A stretch of DNA of 32,000 nt, taken from the NCBI GenBank assembly GCA_037444445.1, contig JBBIMK010000007.1, positions 1 through 32,000 of the forward strand, read 5' to 3'. This DNA is from a bacterium. Lineage in GTDB: Bacteria > UBP7 > UBA6624 > JBBIMK01. Under the pieces are notes generated by a model. The model was not told the DNA's origin, ran no database searches, and saw nothing but the letters and a program-made list of their open reading frames with translations. This document shows positions 1 to 8,763 of the stretch, one piece after another. Position numbers and translations under genes: made by a program. Numbering within the stretch: position 1 is the stretch's first letter; each line of letters begins with the position of its first letter.

Positions 1-64
1 TTCAACAGGAACGATGTTTTGTATCACCTGGTCAGGATCTATTGACTCAAAAAGTAACGGTAGA

Positions 65-93
65 TAGACAATCCATGGCATATTCCGTAAAAT
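65..93 (+). promoter_or_regulatory. candidate sigma70-type promoter TAGACA-N17-TAAAAT for the 1138-aa ORF
   Basis: TAGACA at 65-70, 17-nt spacer, TAAAAT at 88-93. The -10 ends 5 nt before the in-frame ATG at 99 and no SD lies upstream, so the mRNA may be leaderless. Confidence 0.35.
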
Positions 94-95
94 GA

Positions 96-3000
96 GTGAT
101 GGAAGGAGAAAACTTTCAGGGCGTTATGACCTTCGCAAATGGATGGATGTTATTCATTCTACCGGTGGCTGTGGTAGGAACTTTTATTTATATCAAATCC
201 GGACCTCTGGAAGGAGCACGAACCCGTAACTTATTGGCTTTTCTCGGAGGGGTTCTCGTGGTTTATCCTGCTGTGGTGGTGGAGTCGCTTCTGCTGAAGT
301 TTGTATTTCCTGAAATCCCTGCCATGACGGGGTATCATCCCTTGCTCCGCAGTTTGGTGGAAGGATTTTTTATTGCGGGGGTTGTGGAAGAATCCTGGAA
401 GTTTTTCGTTTTCTACCTTCTGCTTCGTCGGAGTCCTACTTTTGAAACTCGATACGAAGGGATGCTATATGGGGTTTCCATCGGGCTCGGGTTCGGCTTC
501 GTAGAAAATCTTATCCAGTTGCCTGGTCTTACGGCACTCAAAGATTTTCCGATGCCCATCCAGAGGCTGGTCTATCAGGAAGCCATGCTTTACAGCGCTC
601 ACCTCTCACTGGGAGCCTGGATGGGGTATTTCTTCTTCCGAGCATCGCAGAGCCGACGACCCGGTGAAGAGCAGAGTTATCTTTTATATGCCATCGGAAT
701 CCCATTTTTATTTCATGGTTTTTATAATATATTGCAGGGCTTTCCCTGGGCTTATGGAGAAGTGGCGGGGTTGTTATTTCTGGTTCTACTGGGCATCGGC
801 GCTCTGGGGCTGGGGCTTCTTCAACCTCTTCCTTCTGCTCCCACCGAATCGTATGAAGGGATACTGGATGACCCTGACCCTATTTTTCGCCTGAGCCACT
901 CTTCCTTTTCTCCGGAGACGCAAAAAAAGTTATGCCAGGATTTATTGATTAAATCCGGAATCCAGGATTATTATCTACTGGATTCTCTCGCCGGAGACGA
1001 TGGAAAACTGGTGTTCAAGGCAATATTGTGGGATGAGTTTCGAGTGGAAACAGTGAAATTTATATCTCCAATCCAACTGAAGTCAGGAGGAATGGCGAAA
1101 TTTCGTGAACTCTACCGTCTGTTAAAGGAAGAACCGGTTCAGGGATGTATCCCTTACAGCCGACTGTATACGACGAATCAGTTTATTCTGCTGGGGCGTC
1201 CGTATGCCACTCTCACACTCCGGGATTATGCCTGGTATTCTTTAACGGAAGCGGAGCAGAGGGATATTCTACTGAGGGTGGCGCAGTGCTTACATAACCT
1301 CTGGCAGAAAGGATGGATTCATGGTCGGGTTACACCGGAAAATATCGGGGTCCACCTGGGAGAGCTGGTGCTGGTGGATGCAGGGCTGGAGCAAGTGCTT
1401 CCCCCCAGTAGCCGGCATCAGCGATTTCTTGCCGAGGAAGAAATCATACCAGCCTACCGGCGAGATGTGCATTCGCTCACCCGGGTGGCAGACTGGCTTT
1501 CTGGTGGAAAAATTTCTGTTCAGCCCGAGGAGATTCAAAAAGAAGAACCACGAATGTCGCCGGAAGAAGTGATGACTTCTCTGATACGCATTCAACCTCC
1601 GGGAGAGGAAATTTCTCAAGTTCTTTTACAGAAGGTGGAACGGCTGGAACGAGGAAGGAGTTTTACACATTACCCGGTGCTATCAGAATTTCTTCGCCGG
1701 GCTGCAGTCACTTCCTCTAACTTCCCACTTCTGCAAAAAGTGGATGAACTGGCAATGTCGGTGTATACTCGTGCCCACGAATCCCTGAAGATGCACCAGT
1801 TTTCTTATGCCATTGAACAATTTGCAAGATTTATGGAGATTGTACCGGAAAAAGCCGAGATGGCCGCTGGCTCCCTGGAAGCCCTGGCAGATTCCTACAT
1901 CCGCTCCGGTGATGTGGCTCTCCTCCGACATAATCGCCCGGAACTGGCAGAAACTTATTACCGTTTTGCCTTATCCATTCAGCCGAATCACTCCATAGCC
2001 CTGAAGAAACTGGAGTCTCTTCACCGAGTTCACACTTATTCTCCATTTTCTTTCGTTCGCTTTCTGATTCTGGCAATTTTTCTACTAACGGGGGTTTATT
2101 CTTTTACCCGATATTTCTGGACTCACTATGATGTAGGAACCATGGAAGGAGGAAATCCACAGCGAACCGGCGGGCTACGGTATGCTTTCACAGAACCGCC
2201 GGCATTGGTATTCCAGTGGAAACATTCCTTTGAATCTTCCTTATTCCTCAACCTTGCTCTGACTCACCAATCGGTTCTGGCTTTCACACAGGAGGGGAAA
2301 CTCATTTCCCTGGATTGGTCGTCCGGGGAACTCCAGTGGGAGAAGAAGATAGAAGAAAGTGGCCTTGTGACTCCCACCTCTTCTCCGCTTGTTTGTCGGG
2401 AGCATCTACTGGTGGGCGGAGTGGATAGCCTGTCGCCTGAAACTCCACCCGCAGTTTATGTGTTCCACGCTTTTACCGGCAACCTTCAAAAGAAAATTTC
2501 CTTCCCTTCACCCGTGACCTCTATTCTGTGCTACCGGAATTTGGTGATGTTCCAGAGTGCTGATGCCCTTGCCACTTACCGGCTGTCTGATTTTTCTTCC
2601 CTCTGGAGTTACGGGAACGGTGGCAGGCCTACCTCTGCTCCTGTGGTCTATCGGGGGCTTGTGCTTTTCGCAGTTGAAGAAGGAGGAATGGAAAATCTCT
2701 CACCCCTTCCTGCGCCGCGTGCTTCACCTTCACCAGAGCCTGCGGAAGAAACAGGAGTAAAGTTTGAATCTTCAGAGGCGCAGGTGAAAGAATCCGAACC
2801 TTCTGAAAATGACGAAAAGAAACCAGAAGTCTCCGAGGAAAAGTCTAAATCCAAAGAACCGGCTCCAGAAGAATCTATCCCTTCAGAGCGGACCTTTTCT
2901 TCACCGATAGAAGGGTTTCTTACACATTATGTTTTTGTGGCGCTTTCTGTGGACCGAGGGGAGGTGCTATGGAAGATAGATTTACCGGTGAAAGCTACGC

Positions 3001-3512
3001 TTCTTCCCTCCCTGCAGGGAAACATCCTCGTAACAGGAACCGAGAATCAGTTGCTGGGTCTGGATGTGGTGAATAAAAAGGTTCTCTGGAGAGTGAATAC
3101 CCCGAAAAGAATCGGGTATCCCTTGATAGGAGTAGATGGAATATATTATCGGACAGTGGAGCAGGTATTCGGAATTTCACTAAAAACAGGGAGCGGAATT
3201 TACGAGTCTGGTAAGATATATCCTGCTACGATGCCTCTGTATTCCCCCACCTATTTTTTGCTGGGCGTCTCACCTCCCGAATATCTCATTGCCACATTTT
3301 ACCATCATTCTATTCAGGTTTACGACATCCAGAAAAAACGGGTCATATCTGCATTTGAGCTTCCGTCCACGCTGGAAACGGGGGTCATAGGGCCCCTGAT
3401 GAATGAGAGAGACAGAGTGGTCTTTGCCTTTCATCGCCATGAGAAATCCATTGCTTCGGAAATTTACGCTCTAAGGATGGTAAAGAATTCGTTAAAACCG
3501 GGAGGGCTGTGA
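96..3512 (+). CDS. multidomain membrane protein: PrsW-like intramembrane protease (about 7 TM) + degenerate kinase-like domain + TPR-like region + TM helix + PQQ/BamB-like beta-propeller
   Basis: 1138-aa ORF. EESWK (aa 98-102), GFGFVEN (aa 132-138), SAH (aa 167-169) and FHGFYN (aa 206-211) match the PrsW-type EExxK / FxxxE / H / HxxxN motifs. HGRVTPEN (nt 1320-1343) and VDAG (nt 1374-1385) sit where kinases carry HRDxKxxN and DFG. TM at aa 652-675. PQQ-like repeats GKLISLDWSSGELQW, GEVLWKIDL and LLGLDVVNKKVLWRV. The start may be ATG 99 rather than GTG 96. Confidence 0.85.
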   Translation: MMEGENFQGVMTFANGWMLFILPVAVVGTFIYIKSGPLEGARTRNLLAFLGGVLVVYPAVVVESLLLKFVFPEIPAMTGYHPLLRSLVEGFFIAGVVEESWKFFVFYLLLRRSPTFETRYEGMLYGVSIGLGFGFVENLIQLPGLTALKDFPMPIQRLVYQEAMLYSAHLSLGAWMGYFFFRASQSRRPGEEQSYLLYAIGIPFLFHGFYNILQGFPWAYGEVAGLLFLVLLGIGALGLGLLQPLPSAPTESYEGILDDPDPIFRLSHSSFSPETQKKLCQDLLIKSGIQDYYLLDSLAGDDGKLVFKAILWDEFRVETVKFISPIQLKSGGMAKFRELYRLLKEEPVQGCIPYSRLYTTNQFILLGRPYATLTLRDYAWYSLTEAEQRDILLRVAQCLHNLWQKGWIHGRVTPENIGVHLGELVLVDAGLEQVLPPSSRHQRFLAEEEIIPAYRRDVHSLTRVADWLSGGKISVQPEEIQKEEPRMSPEEVMTSLIRIQPPGEEISQVLLQKVERLERGRSFTHYPVLSEFLRRAAVTSSNFPLLQKVDELAMSVYTRAHESLKMHQFSYAIEQFARFMEIVPEKAEMAAGSLEALADSYIRSGDVALLRHNRPELAETYYRFALSIQPNHSIALKKLESLHRVHTYSPFSFVRFLILAIFLLTGVYSFTRYFWTHYDVGTMEGGNPQRTGGLRYAFTEPPALVFQWKHSFESSLFLNLALTHQSVLAFTQEGKLISLDWSSGELQWEKKIEESGLVTPTSSPLVCREHLLVGGVDSLSPETPPAVYVFHAFTGNLQKKISFPSPVTSILCYRNLVMFQSADALATYRLSDFSSLWSYGNGGRPTSAPVVYRGLVLFAVEEGGMENLSPLPAPRASPSPEPAEETGVKFESSEAQVKESEPSENDEKKPEVSEEKSKSKEPAPEESIPSERTFSSPIEGFLTHYVFVALSVDRGEVLWKIDLPVKATLLPSLQGNILVTGTENQLLGLDVVNKKVLWRVNTPKRIGYPLIGVDGIYYRTVEQVFGISLKTGSGIYESGKIYPATMPLYSPTYFLLGVSPPEYLIATFYHHSIQVYDIQKKRVISAFELPSTLETGVIGPLMNERDRVVFAFHRHEKSIASEIYALRMVKNSLKPGGL
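2691..2891 (+). repeat. acidic, Pro/Ser/Lys-rich low-complexity insert inside the beta-propeller region (aa 866-932)
   Basis: Translated stretch NLSPLPAPRASPSPEPAEETGVKFESSEAQVKESEPSENDEKKPEVSEEKSKSKEPAPEESIPSE interrupts the propeller repeats. Confidence 0.7.
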
Positions 3513-3528
3513 TACACTATTCATCAGA

Positions 3529-6108
3529 GTGGAAGAGCTGGGTGTAGTACTCACTCATGAGCGAGCGGATTTTGATGCGCTGGCATCGCTGATTGCGGTG
3601 GTGAAACTTTATCCTAACACCCGCCCCTACCTTTGCAAAAATCTCCACGGTCCGGTAAAAAATTTCCTTTCCTTATATCAAGATGTGTTCCCCGTGCCTT
3701 GCGGTGTAGCCATTGATTTCATTCCCAACCGCCTGGTTATCGTGGATACCCAGCAAAAGGAATCCCTCGGAATGTATCAATCCGTGCTGGAGAAAGTTCC
3801 CCCGGAGCGTGTCACCGTTTATGACCATCACCCCACGCCAGAGAATCCCATTCAGGCGGGAGAAAGAGTGATAGAAGAGCGGGGGGCAACGGTGGCCATT
3901 CTCCTGGACCGTCTGTGGGAAATACACCCTCCCATCACCCCTTTGGAAGCCACTCTTTTCGCCCTGGGACTGTATGCGGATACCGGATTGTTTACCTTTC
4001 CTTTGACGCATCCGTCTGACCTCAGAAGCGCCGCTGAACTGCTGGAAAGGGGAGCCGACCTGGAAATCGTTCGCCAGTATCTTCATGTGTCTCTCACGGA
4101 GAAACACCGCTTTCTGTTGGACGCCTTGATGCGGAACCTGAAAAATTTCATCCTTCAGGGGCATAGCATTACTCTTACCACAGCGTCCCTTTCTGAGGAA
4201 GTCTCCGATTTAAGTCTTGTGGTGACTCATCTTCATGAAATCCTTGCAGTGACAACTTTATTTTCTCTGATGGAATTTCCGGGAGTGGTGTATGTGCTGG
4301 GACGAACGGAGAACCGAGAATTGAATCTGTTGCCTGCCATTCAGAGGTTGGGAGGAAACGGTCACCCTTCAGCAGTCGTGGCCCGCCTGAGACACACTTC
4401 CCTGAACCGCGCAGAACACTTATTACTTAAAGCACTGGAAGAAACCTTGACCCCCCCCACAGTGGCCTGGGATGTGATGTCTTCCCCGGTGCACGGAATC
4501 ACGGCGGGTGCCACTGTGAAAGAGGCTCTGGAAGAGATGCAAAAGTATGGGCATTCCGGGCTGGTCGTGTGGGACGATAAAGGGAACCTCATGGGCATCC
4601 TGACTCGAAAAGATGTAGATAAAGCCATCCGATTGAATATGTGGAGGTCCTCGGTGAAAGGTTTTATGACCCCTCGCATCATCTCTGTTTCCCCTACGAC
4701 AACCCTACCAGAGATACAGAGATTATTTGTGCAACAGGGGATTGGGCGTGTTCTGGTTCTGGGGGAAAAGGGGGCTGTGGCGGGTATCGTAACCCGGAAA
4801 GATATTCTGCGTCGGACTGTGGAAATGGACACTTCTACCCCTGAGCGTTCCACCTCAGTCCAGTCTGTTCTTCAATCTCATATTTCCCCCACTCTTTTGA
4901 CCCGGCTGAAAAAAATAGGTCAAATTGCGGAGGACCTGGGAATGAAAGCCTATCTGGTGGGGGGGTCGGTTCGGGATATTCTCCTGGGGCTACCCGTGGG
5001 AGACTGGGATATTCTGGTGGAAGGAGAGGGACTTCGCCTGGCGGAAAAAATTGCCCGAACCCTGGGTGGCGCATTGCAAACGCATCCTCGGTTCAAAACC
5101 GCAAGCATCCGATGGGAAGACGGATTCCGCGTGGATGTGGCTACCGCAAGAGAAGAGTATTACGAGAAACCCGCATCGCTCCCCCGAGTGATTCCCTCAT
5201 CTTTGAAAGCCGATTTGTATCGCAGAGATTTCACGATTCATACCCTGGCTATCCTCCTGAATCCGAGAGGGTTTGCCAACCTGGTGGATTATTTCAACGG
5301 ATTTCAGGATTTGCAATCCAGAATCATTCGGGTGTTGCACAACCTGAGTTTTATAGAGGACCCGACGCGAATTTTCCGAGCCATTCGCTACGAACAGCGG
5401 CTGGGATTCAGGATAGAAGAAAAAACCCTATCCCTGATGCAGATGGCACTTCATCAGAAAGCCCTGAGAAAACTTTCCGGCGACCGGCTCCGTAACGAGT
5501 GGTTCCACATTTTCCAGGAAACCTCCCCTCGCGACATCCTGCTTCGGATGGAAAACCTGAAAATTCTTACCGGGATACATCCCCGACTGACTCTACAGGC
5601 CAACCTGTTTTCCCCGGATGATTGGGTTCAAAAAGCCAGCATCTTATTTTCCCTGAATGGGGCTGGCGAAAAGAACATTCTATACCTGATGGTGCTATCC
5701 TCTTCTCTCCCTCTTAAAGATGCAGAAGAATTTCTGATGAAAATGAGATTGGACCGGAAAGGCATAAAAAATGTCCGTCTACTACCTGTGAAATCCCAGA
5801 TCACCACCCGGCTGAAAAAAGCATCCAGAAATTCCACTCTGTTCCAGATTCTTCACGGTTTGCCGGTGGAGTTCCTGGCTTACCTGTGGGTTATGGAGCC
5901 TTCCATCCGTTCATCCGTGGAGCGATACTGGGTGACACTGCGACATATTACCCTCACCATTACAGGTAATCATTTAAGGGAAGCCGGTATCTCTCCGGGT
6001 CCGGAAGTGGGGAAAATCCTCCGCCGGGTTCTCTGGATGAAACTGGATGGGAAAATCAAAGAGAATGAGGAACTGACCGCCGCAATTCAGGAATATTCCA
6101 AAAAATGA
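3529..6108 (+). CDS. cca: DHH/DHHA1 phosphoesterase + tandem CBS + class II tRNA nucleotidyltransferase (CCA-adding / poly(A) polymerase family)
   Basis: 859-aa ORF. DHH motifs HERADFDALAS, VIVDTQ, YDHHP, ADTG and DHHA1 GGNGHP. CBS-like pair (aa about 315-430). Class II head motifs GGSVRDILLG...DWDI, RRDFTIHT and EDPTRIFRAIRY. GTG start without a clear SD, 16 nt after the upstream stop. Confidence 0.85.
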   Translation: MEELGVVLTHERADFDALASLIAVVKLYPNTRPYLCKNLHGPVKNFLSLYQDVFPVPCGVAIDFIPNRLVIVDTQQKESLGMYQSVLEKVPPERVTVYDHHPTPENPIQAGERVIEERGATVAILLDRLWEIHPPITPLEATLFALGLYADTGLFTFPLTHPSDLRSAAELLERGADLEIVRQYLHVSLTEKHRFLLDALMRNLKNFILQGHSITLTTASLSEEVSDLSLVVTHLHEILAVTTLFSLMEFPGVVYVLGRTENRELNLLPAIQRLGGNGHPSAVVARLRHTSLNRAEHLLLKALEETLTPPTVAWDVMSSPVHGITAGATVKEALEEMQKYGHSGLVVWDDKGNLMGILTRKDVDKAIRLNMWRSSVKGFMTPRIISVSPTTTLPEIQRLFVQQGIGRVLVLGEKGAVAGIVTRKDILRRTVEMDTSTPERSTSVQSVLQSHISPTLLTRLKKIGQIAEDLGMKAYLVGGSVRDILLGLPVGDWDILVEGEGLRLAEKIARTLGGALQTHPRFKTASIRWEDGFRVDVATAREEYYEKPASLPRVIPSSLKADLYRRDFTIHTLAILLNPRGFANLVDYFNGFQDLQSRIIRVLHNLSFIEDPTRIFRAIRYEQRLGFRIEEKTLSLMQMALHQKALRKLSGDRLRNEWFHIFQETSPRDILLRMENLKILTGIHPRLTLQANLFSPDDWVQKASILFSLNGAGEKNILYLMVLSSSLPLKDAEEFLMKMRLDRKGIKNVRLLPVKSQITTRLKKASRNSTLFQILHGLPVEFLAYLWVMEPSIRSSVERYWVTLRHITLTITGNHLREAGISPGPEVGKILRRVLWMKLDGKIKENEELTAAIQEYSKK

Positions 6109-6112
6109 AACA

Positions 6113-6808
6113 GTGGAGGAAGATGTTCAACCTTCTTACGGGGCGGGAGAAGAAGAAACACTCGTGGTAATTTTTTTGCTTTTTTTACCTTTTTTATTTT
6201 TGAGCGTCATCCTCCACGAAGTGGCGCATGGGGTAGTGTCCTACCTTTTAGGAGACCCGACACCACGGCGAGCCGGGCGCCTCACCGCCAACCCTCTTGC
6301 CCATCTGGACCCTCTGGGCACTCTTTTACCCATTTTGCTGTATTTTATGAACTCTCGTGTCATCATTGGATGGGCGAAACCGGTTCCCATTAACCCTTCT
6401 TACTATAAAAATTGGAGAATGGGGGTCCTGCTGGTGGGCGCCGCTGGACCTGTTGTCAACCTCACGATAGCTTTCTTTGTAGTTTACATCTTAAAACTCC
6501 TCCGCGTTTCCTCCAGCGATTTCCTCTTCACTCTGAAGAATGGAGAAAATCTCTGGATGATACTGCTGGGGATGGTTTTCTTTTTGAATATCGTGCTGGC
6601 AGTTTTTAATCTTCTCCCCATTCCACCACTGGACGGCTCTCGTATACTGCAGGCGTTTCTACCCCCTCGGTGGGTCTATTCTTACTTGAGTTTTGAACGC
6701 TATGGTATGACTCTGATTGTGTTGATTCTAATATTATTTCGGCAAAGCCTGGACTGGCTCCGGCTGATCACAGAGTGGATTGCTCGTCTGTATCTTTCCT
6801 TCTTGTAA
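6113..6808 (+). CDS. M50 family site-2 metalloprotease (small, without PDZ)
   Basis: 231-aa polytopic ORF with HEVAH (nt 6215-6229) and the NLLPIPPLDGSRIL motif. It begins 4 nt after the upstream stop. The exact start is uncertain (GTG 6113 or GTG at aa 17). Confidence 0.85.
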   Translation: MEEDVQPSYGAGEEETLVVIFLLFLPFLFLSVILHEVAHGVVSYLLGDPTPRRAGRLTANPLAHLDPLGTLLPILLYFMNSRVIIGWAKPVPINPSYYKNWRMGVLLVGAAGPVVNLTIAFFVVYILKLLRVSSSDFLFTLKNGENLWMILLGMVFFLNIVLAVFNLLPIPPLDGSRILQAFLPPRWVYSYLSFERYGMTLIVLILILFRQSLDWLRLITEWIARLYLSFL

Positions 6809-6870
6809 TATAAATTTTACAGGGTAAATGTTAGGAACGAAGTTTCTACTCCTGGTGAGTGAGGCAGGCG

Positions 6871-8697
6871 TTATTCAACCGTAACGGTTTTTGCGAGATT
6901 TCGCGGCTGATCCACATCATATCCTCGTTCCACAGCAATGTAGTAAGCCAGAAGTTGAAGGGGCAAAATGGAGAGGAAAGGATACAGGAAAGGATGAGTT
7001 TGAGGCACGAGAAAAGAGGTTTTGACACCCTCCATATAATCATTATCGGCTGAACTGATCAGGAGAATCTCCCCATTCCGGGCCGCTATTTCCTGGATGT
7101 TTCCGGCGACCTTTGGGAAAAGAGAGTCCAGGGGTGCTACGAAAACCACGAGCATATCTTCATCTATCAGGGCGATGGGACCATGCTTCATTTCTCCCGC
7201 AGCGTATCCTTCTGCATGGATGTAAGAAATTTCTTTCAGTTTCAAGGCGCCTTCCAGGGCGATGGGAAAAGAAAGGCCTCGTCCCAGGTAGAGAGCATTC
7301 TGCTTGCGGGAGTAGCGGCGAGCAATCTGCCGGATGGACCCCAGAGAAGGGGGGGACAACACTTCTTCCATCAGGCGTGGAATCTGTAAAAGAGAATCAT
7401 AGAGATTTTTCTCCTGCTGAAGAACGAATGGCGAGTGAAATTCTGCCAGTTTCAAAGCGAGGAGGAAGAGGGCGGAGAGTTGAGTGGAGAATGTTTTCGT
7501 GGCGGCGACGCCGATTTCGGGTCCCGCACGGGTATAAAGGACACCATCCGAGAGCCGGGTTAAACTGTTCCCGAGCACATTGGTGATACTCAAAATGGTG
7601 CCGTTGAGAGATTTAACCCATTCTGCTGCCGCCAGAGTATCCGTAGTCTCACCGGATTGACTGATGGCTACGGTGAGAGTGCCAGAAGGGAGTTTTCCCT
7701 GGCGAATGCGAAACTCCGAGGCCACTTCCGCAGTCGCAGGCAGTCCGACTATCTGATCCAGCCAGTATCTTCCCACCAGCGCTGCGTGATAAGAAGACCC
7801 ACATGCGATGAAGTGAACCATTTTCGTTTCTCTCAGAAGAGCCTCCGGGATTTCTTCCAGGTAGACCGAGAATTCTTCTGGACGAATCCGCCCTCTTAAA
7901 GTGTCTGTAACTCCCCGGGGTTGCTCAAAAATCTCTTTTTGCATGAAGTGCTTATATTCACCCTTCTCTGCGGCCACGGGGTCCCAGGGAATATGTAACA
8001 CGGGACGCGGAGCCTCATTTCCCGCTTCATCGTAAATCGTGACCTTATCCGGTAAAAGAATAGCGATGTCTCCTTCTTCCAAAGGGATGACCTGGCGGGT
8101 GTAGGGAAGAAGAGCAGGGATGTCAGAGGCGATGAAGTTTCCGTGCGGGCTAAGGCCAACAATTAAGGGGCTCCCACGCCGGGCACCAATCAGGGCATTT
8201 CCTTGGACTACAGACAGGATGCCGAAGGCATAAGTGCCACGAATTTTTTTCAGCCCCCTTCGCACAGCCTCTAAAAATCCCTTCCCCTGCTTCAACCCCT
8301 CATCCACCAGATGGAGCATCACTTCTGTATCCGTCTCCGAAGAAAAACGGTATCCCCTCGCTTCCAGTTCCTTTCGCAGTTCCCGGTAATTTTCAATGAT
8401 GCCGTTATGGACGATGGCTACAGAGTTATTGCTATGAGGATGAGCGTTCTCATCGGCGGGCTTCCCATGAGTAGCCCAGCGAGTATGCCCGAGCCCTACA
8501 GTTCCATCTAAATCTTTTCCATTGAGGTACTTTTCCAGGTCTCTGATTTTCCCTTTTTTCCGCACAACACGAATGGCGTTTCCGACTAAAATGGCCACAC
8601 CTGCGGAATCATAACCCCGATATTCCAGGCGTTTTAGTCCTTCCACCAAAAGGGAAATTGCCCTGTCTTTTCCTGTATATCCGATAATTCCACACAT
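6871..8697 (-). CDS. glmS: glutamine--fructose-6-phosphate aminotransferase
   Basis: N-terminus MCGIIGY (an Ntn amidotransferase requires Cys2, so the start is set at 8697, not 8718). Two SIS-like regions. C-terminal NLAKTVTVE. Confidence 0.95.
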   Translation of the reverse strand: MCGIIGYTGKDRAISLLVEGLKRLEYRGYDSAGVAILVGNAIRVVRKKGKIRDLEKYLNGKDLDGTVGLGHTRWATHGKPADENAHPHSNNSVAIVHNGIIENYRELRKELEARGYRFSSETDTEVMLHLVDEGLKQGKGFLEAVRRGLKKIRGTYAFGILSVVQGNALIGARRGSPLIVGLSPHGNFIASDIPALLPYTRQVIPLEEGDIAILLPDKVTIYDEAGNEAPRPVLHIPWDPVAAEKGEYKHFMQKEIFEQPRGVTDTLRGRIRPEEFSVYLEEIPEALLRETKMVHFIACGSSYHAALVGRYWLDQIVGLPATAEVASEFRIRQGKLPSGTLTVAISQSGETTDTLAAAEWVKSLNGTILSITNVLGNSLTRLSDGVLYTRAGPEIGVAATKTFSTQLSALFLLALKLAEFHSPFVLQQEKNLYDSLLQIPRLMEEVLSPPSLGSIRQIARRYSRKQNALYLGRGLSFPIALEGALKLKEISYIHAEGYAAGEMKHGPIALIDEDMLVVFVAPLDSLFPKVAGNIQEIAARNGEILLISSADNDYMEGVKTSFLVPQTHPFLYPFLSILPLQLLAYYIAVERGYDVDQPRNLAKTVTVE

Positions 8698-8733
8698 TTT
8701 TTCCCAGCCCCATCTCATTTTACCACAAGGGAG

Positions 8734-8763
8734 TTGACAAAGGCAGATAGTTTATGAAATACT
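8734..8763 (+). promoter_or_regulatory. candidate promoter TTGACA-N18-(TG-n-)AATACT for the small acidic ORF
   Basis: TTGACA at 8734-8739, TG at 8755-8756, AATACT at 8758-8763. Downstream, GAGGTGA lies 9 nt before ATG 8824. Confidence 0.35.

Noticed and set aside
4451-4458. Homopolymer tracts as phase-variation switches: C8 at 4451-4458 and 17694-17701, T7 at 10502-10508 (codons 2-4 of pilQ), G7 near 4966
   Set aside because: All are in-frame Pro, Gly or Lys codons in intact ORFs. At 7-8 nt they are at the lower limit for slippage. Without population data there is no evidence of variation.
6809-6870. Bidirectional terminator between the convergent M50 protease and glmS genes (also 14217-14273 and 22437-22461)
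   Set aside because: Only 4-5 bp imperfect stems are present (for example GGAAC-GAA-GTTTC), with no flanking T/A runs. These are too weak to call.
8698-8718. Seven-codon N-terminal extension of glmS (MRWGWEK) in the ORF track
   Set aside because: GlmS needs Cys as the first residue after Met removal. MCGIIGY at 8697 is the conserved start, and the upstream ATG lies inside the putative -10 box.
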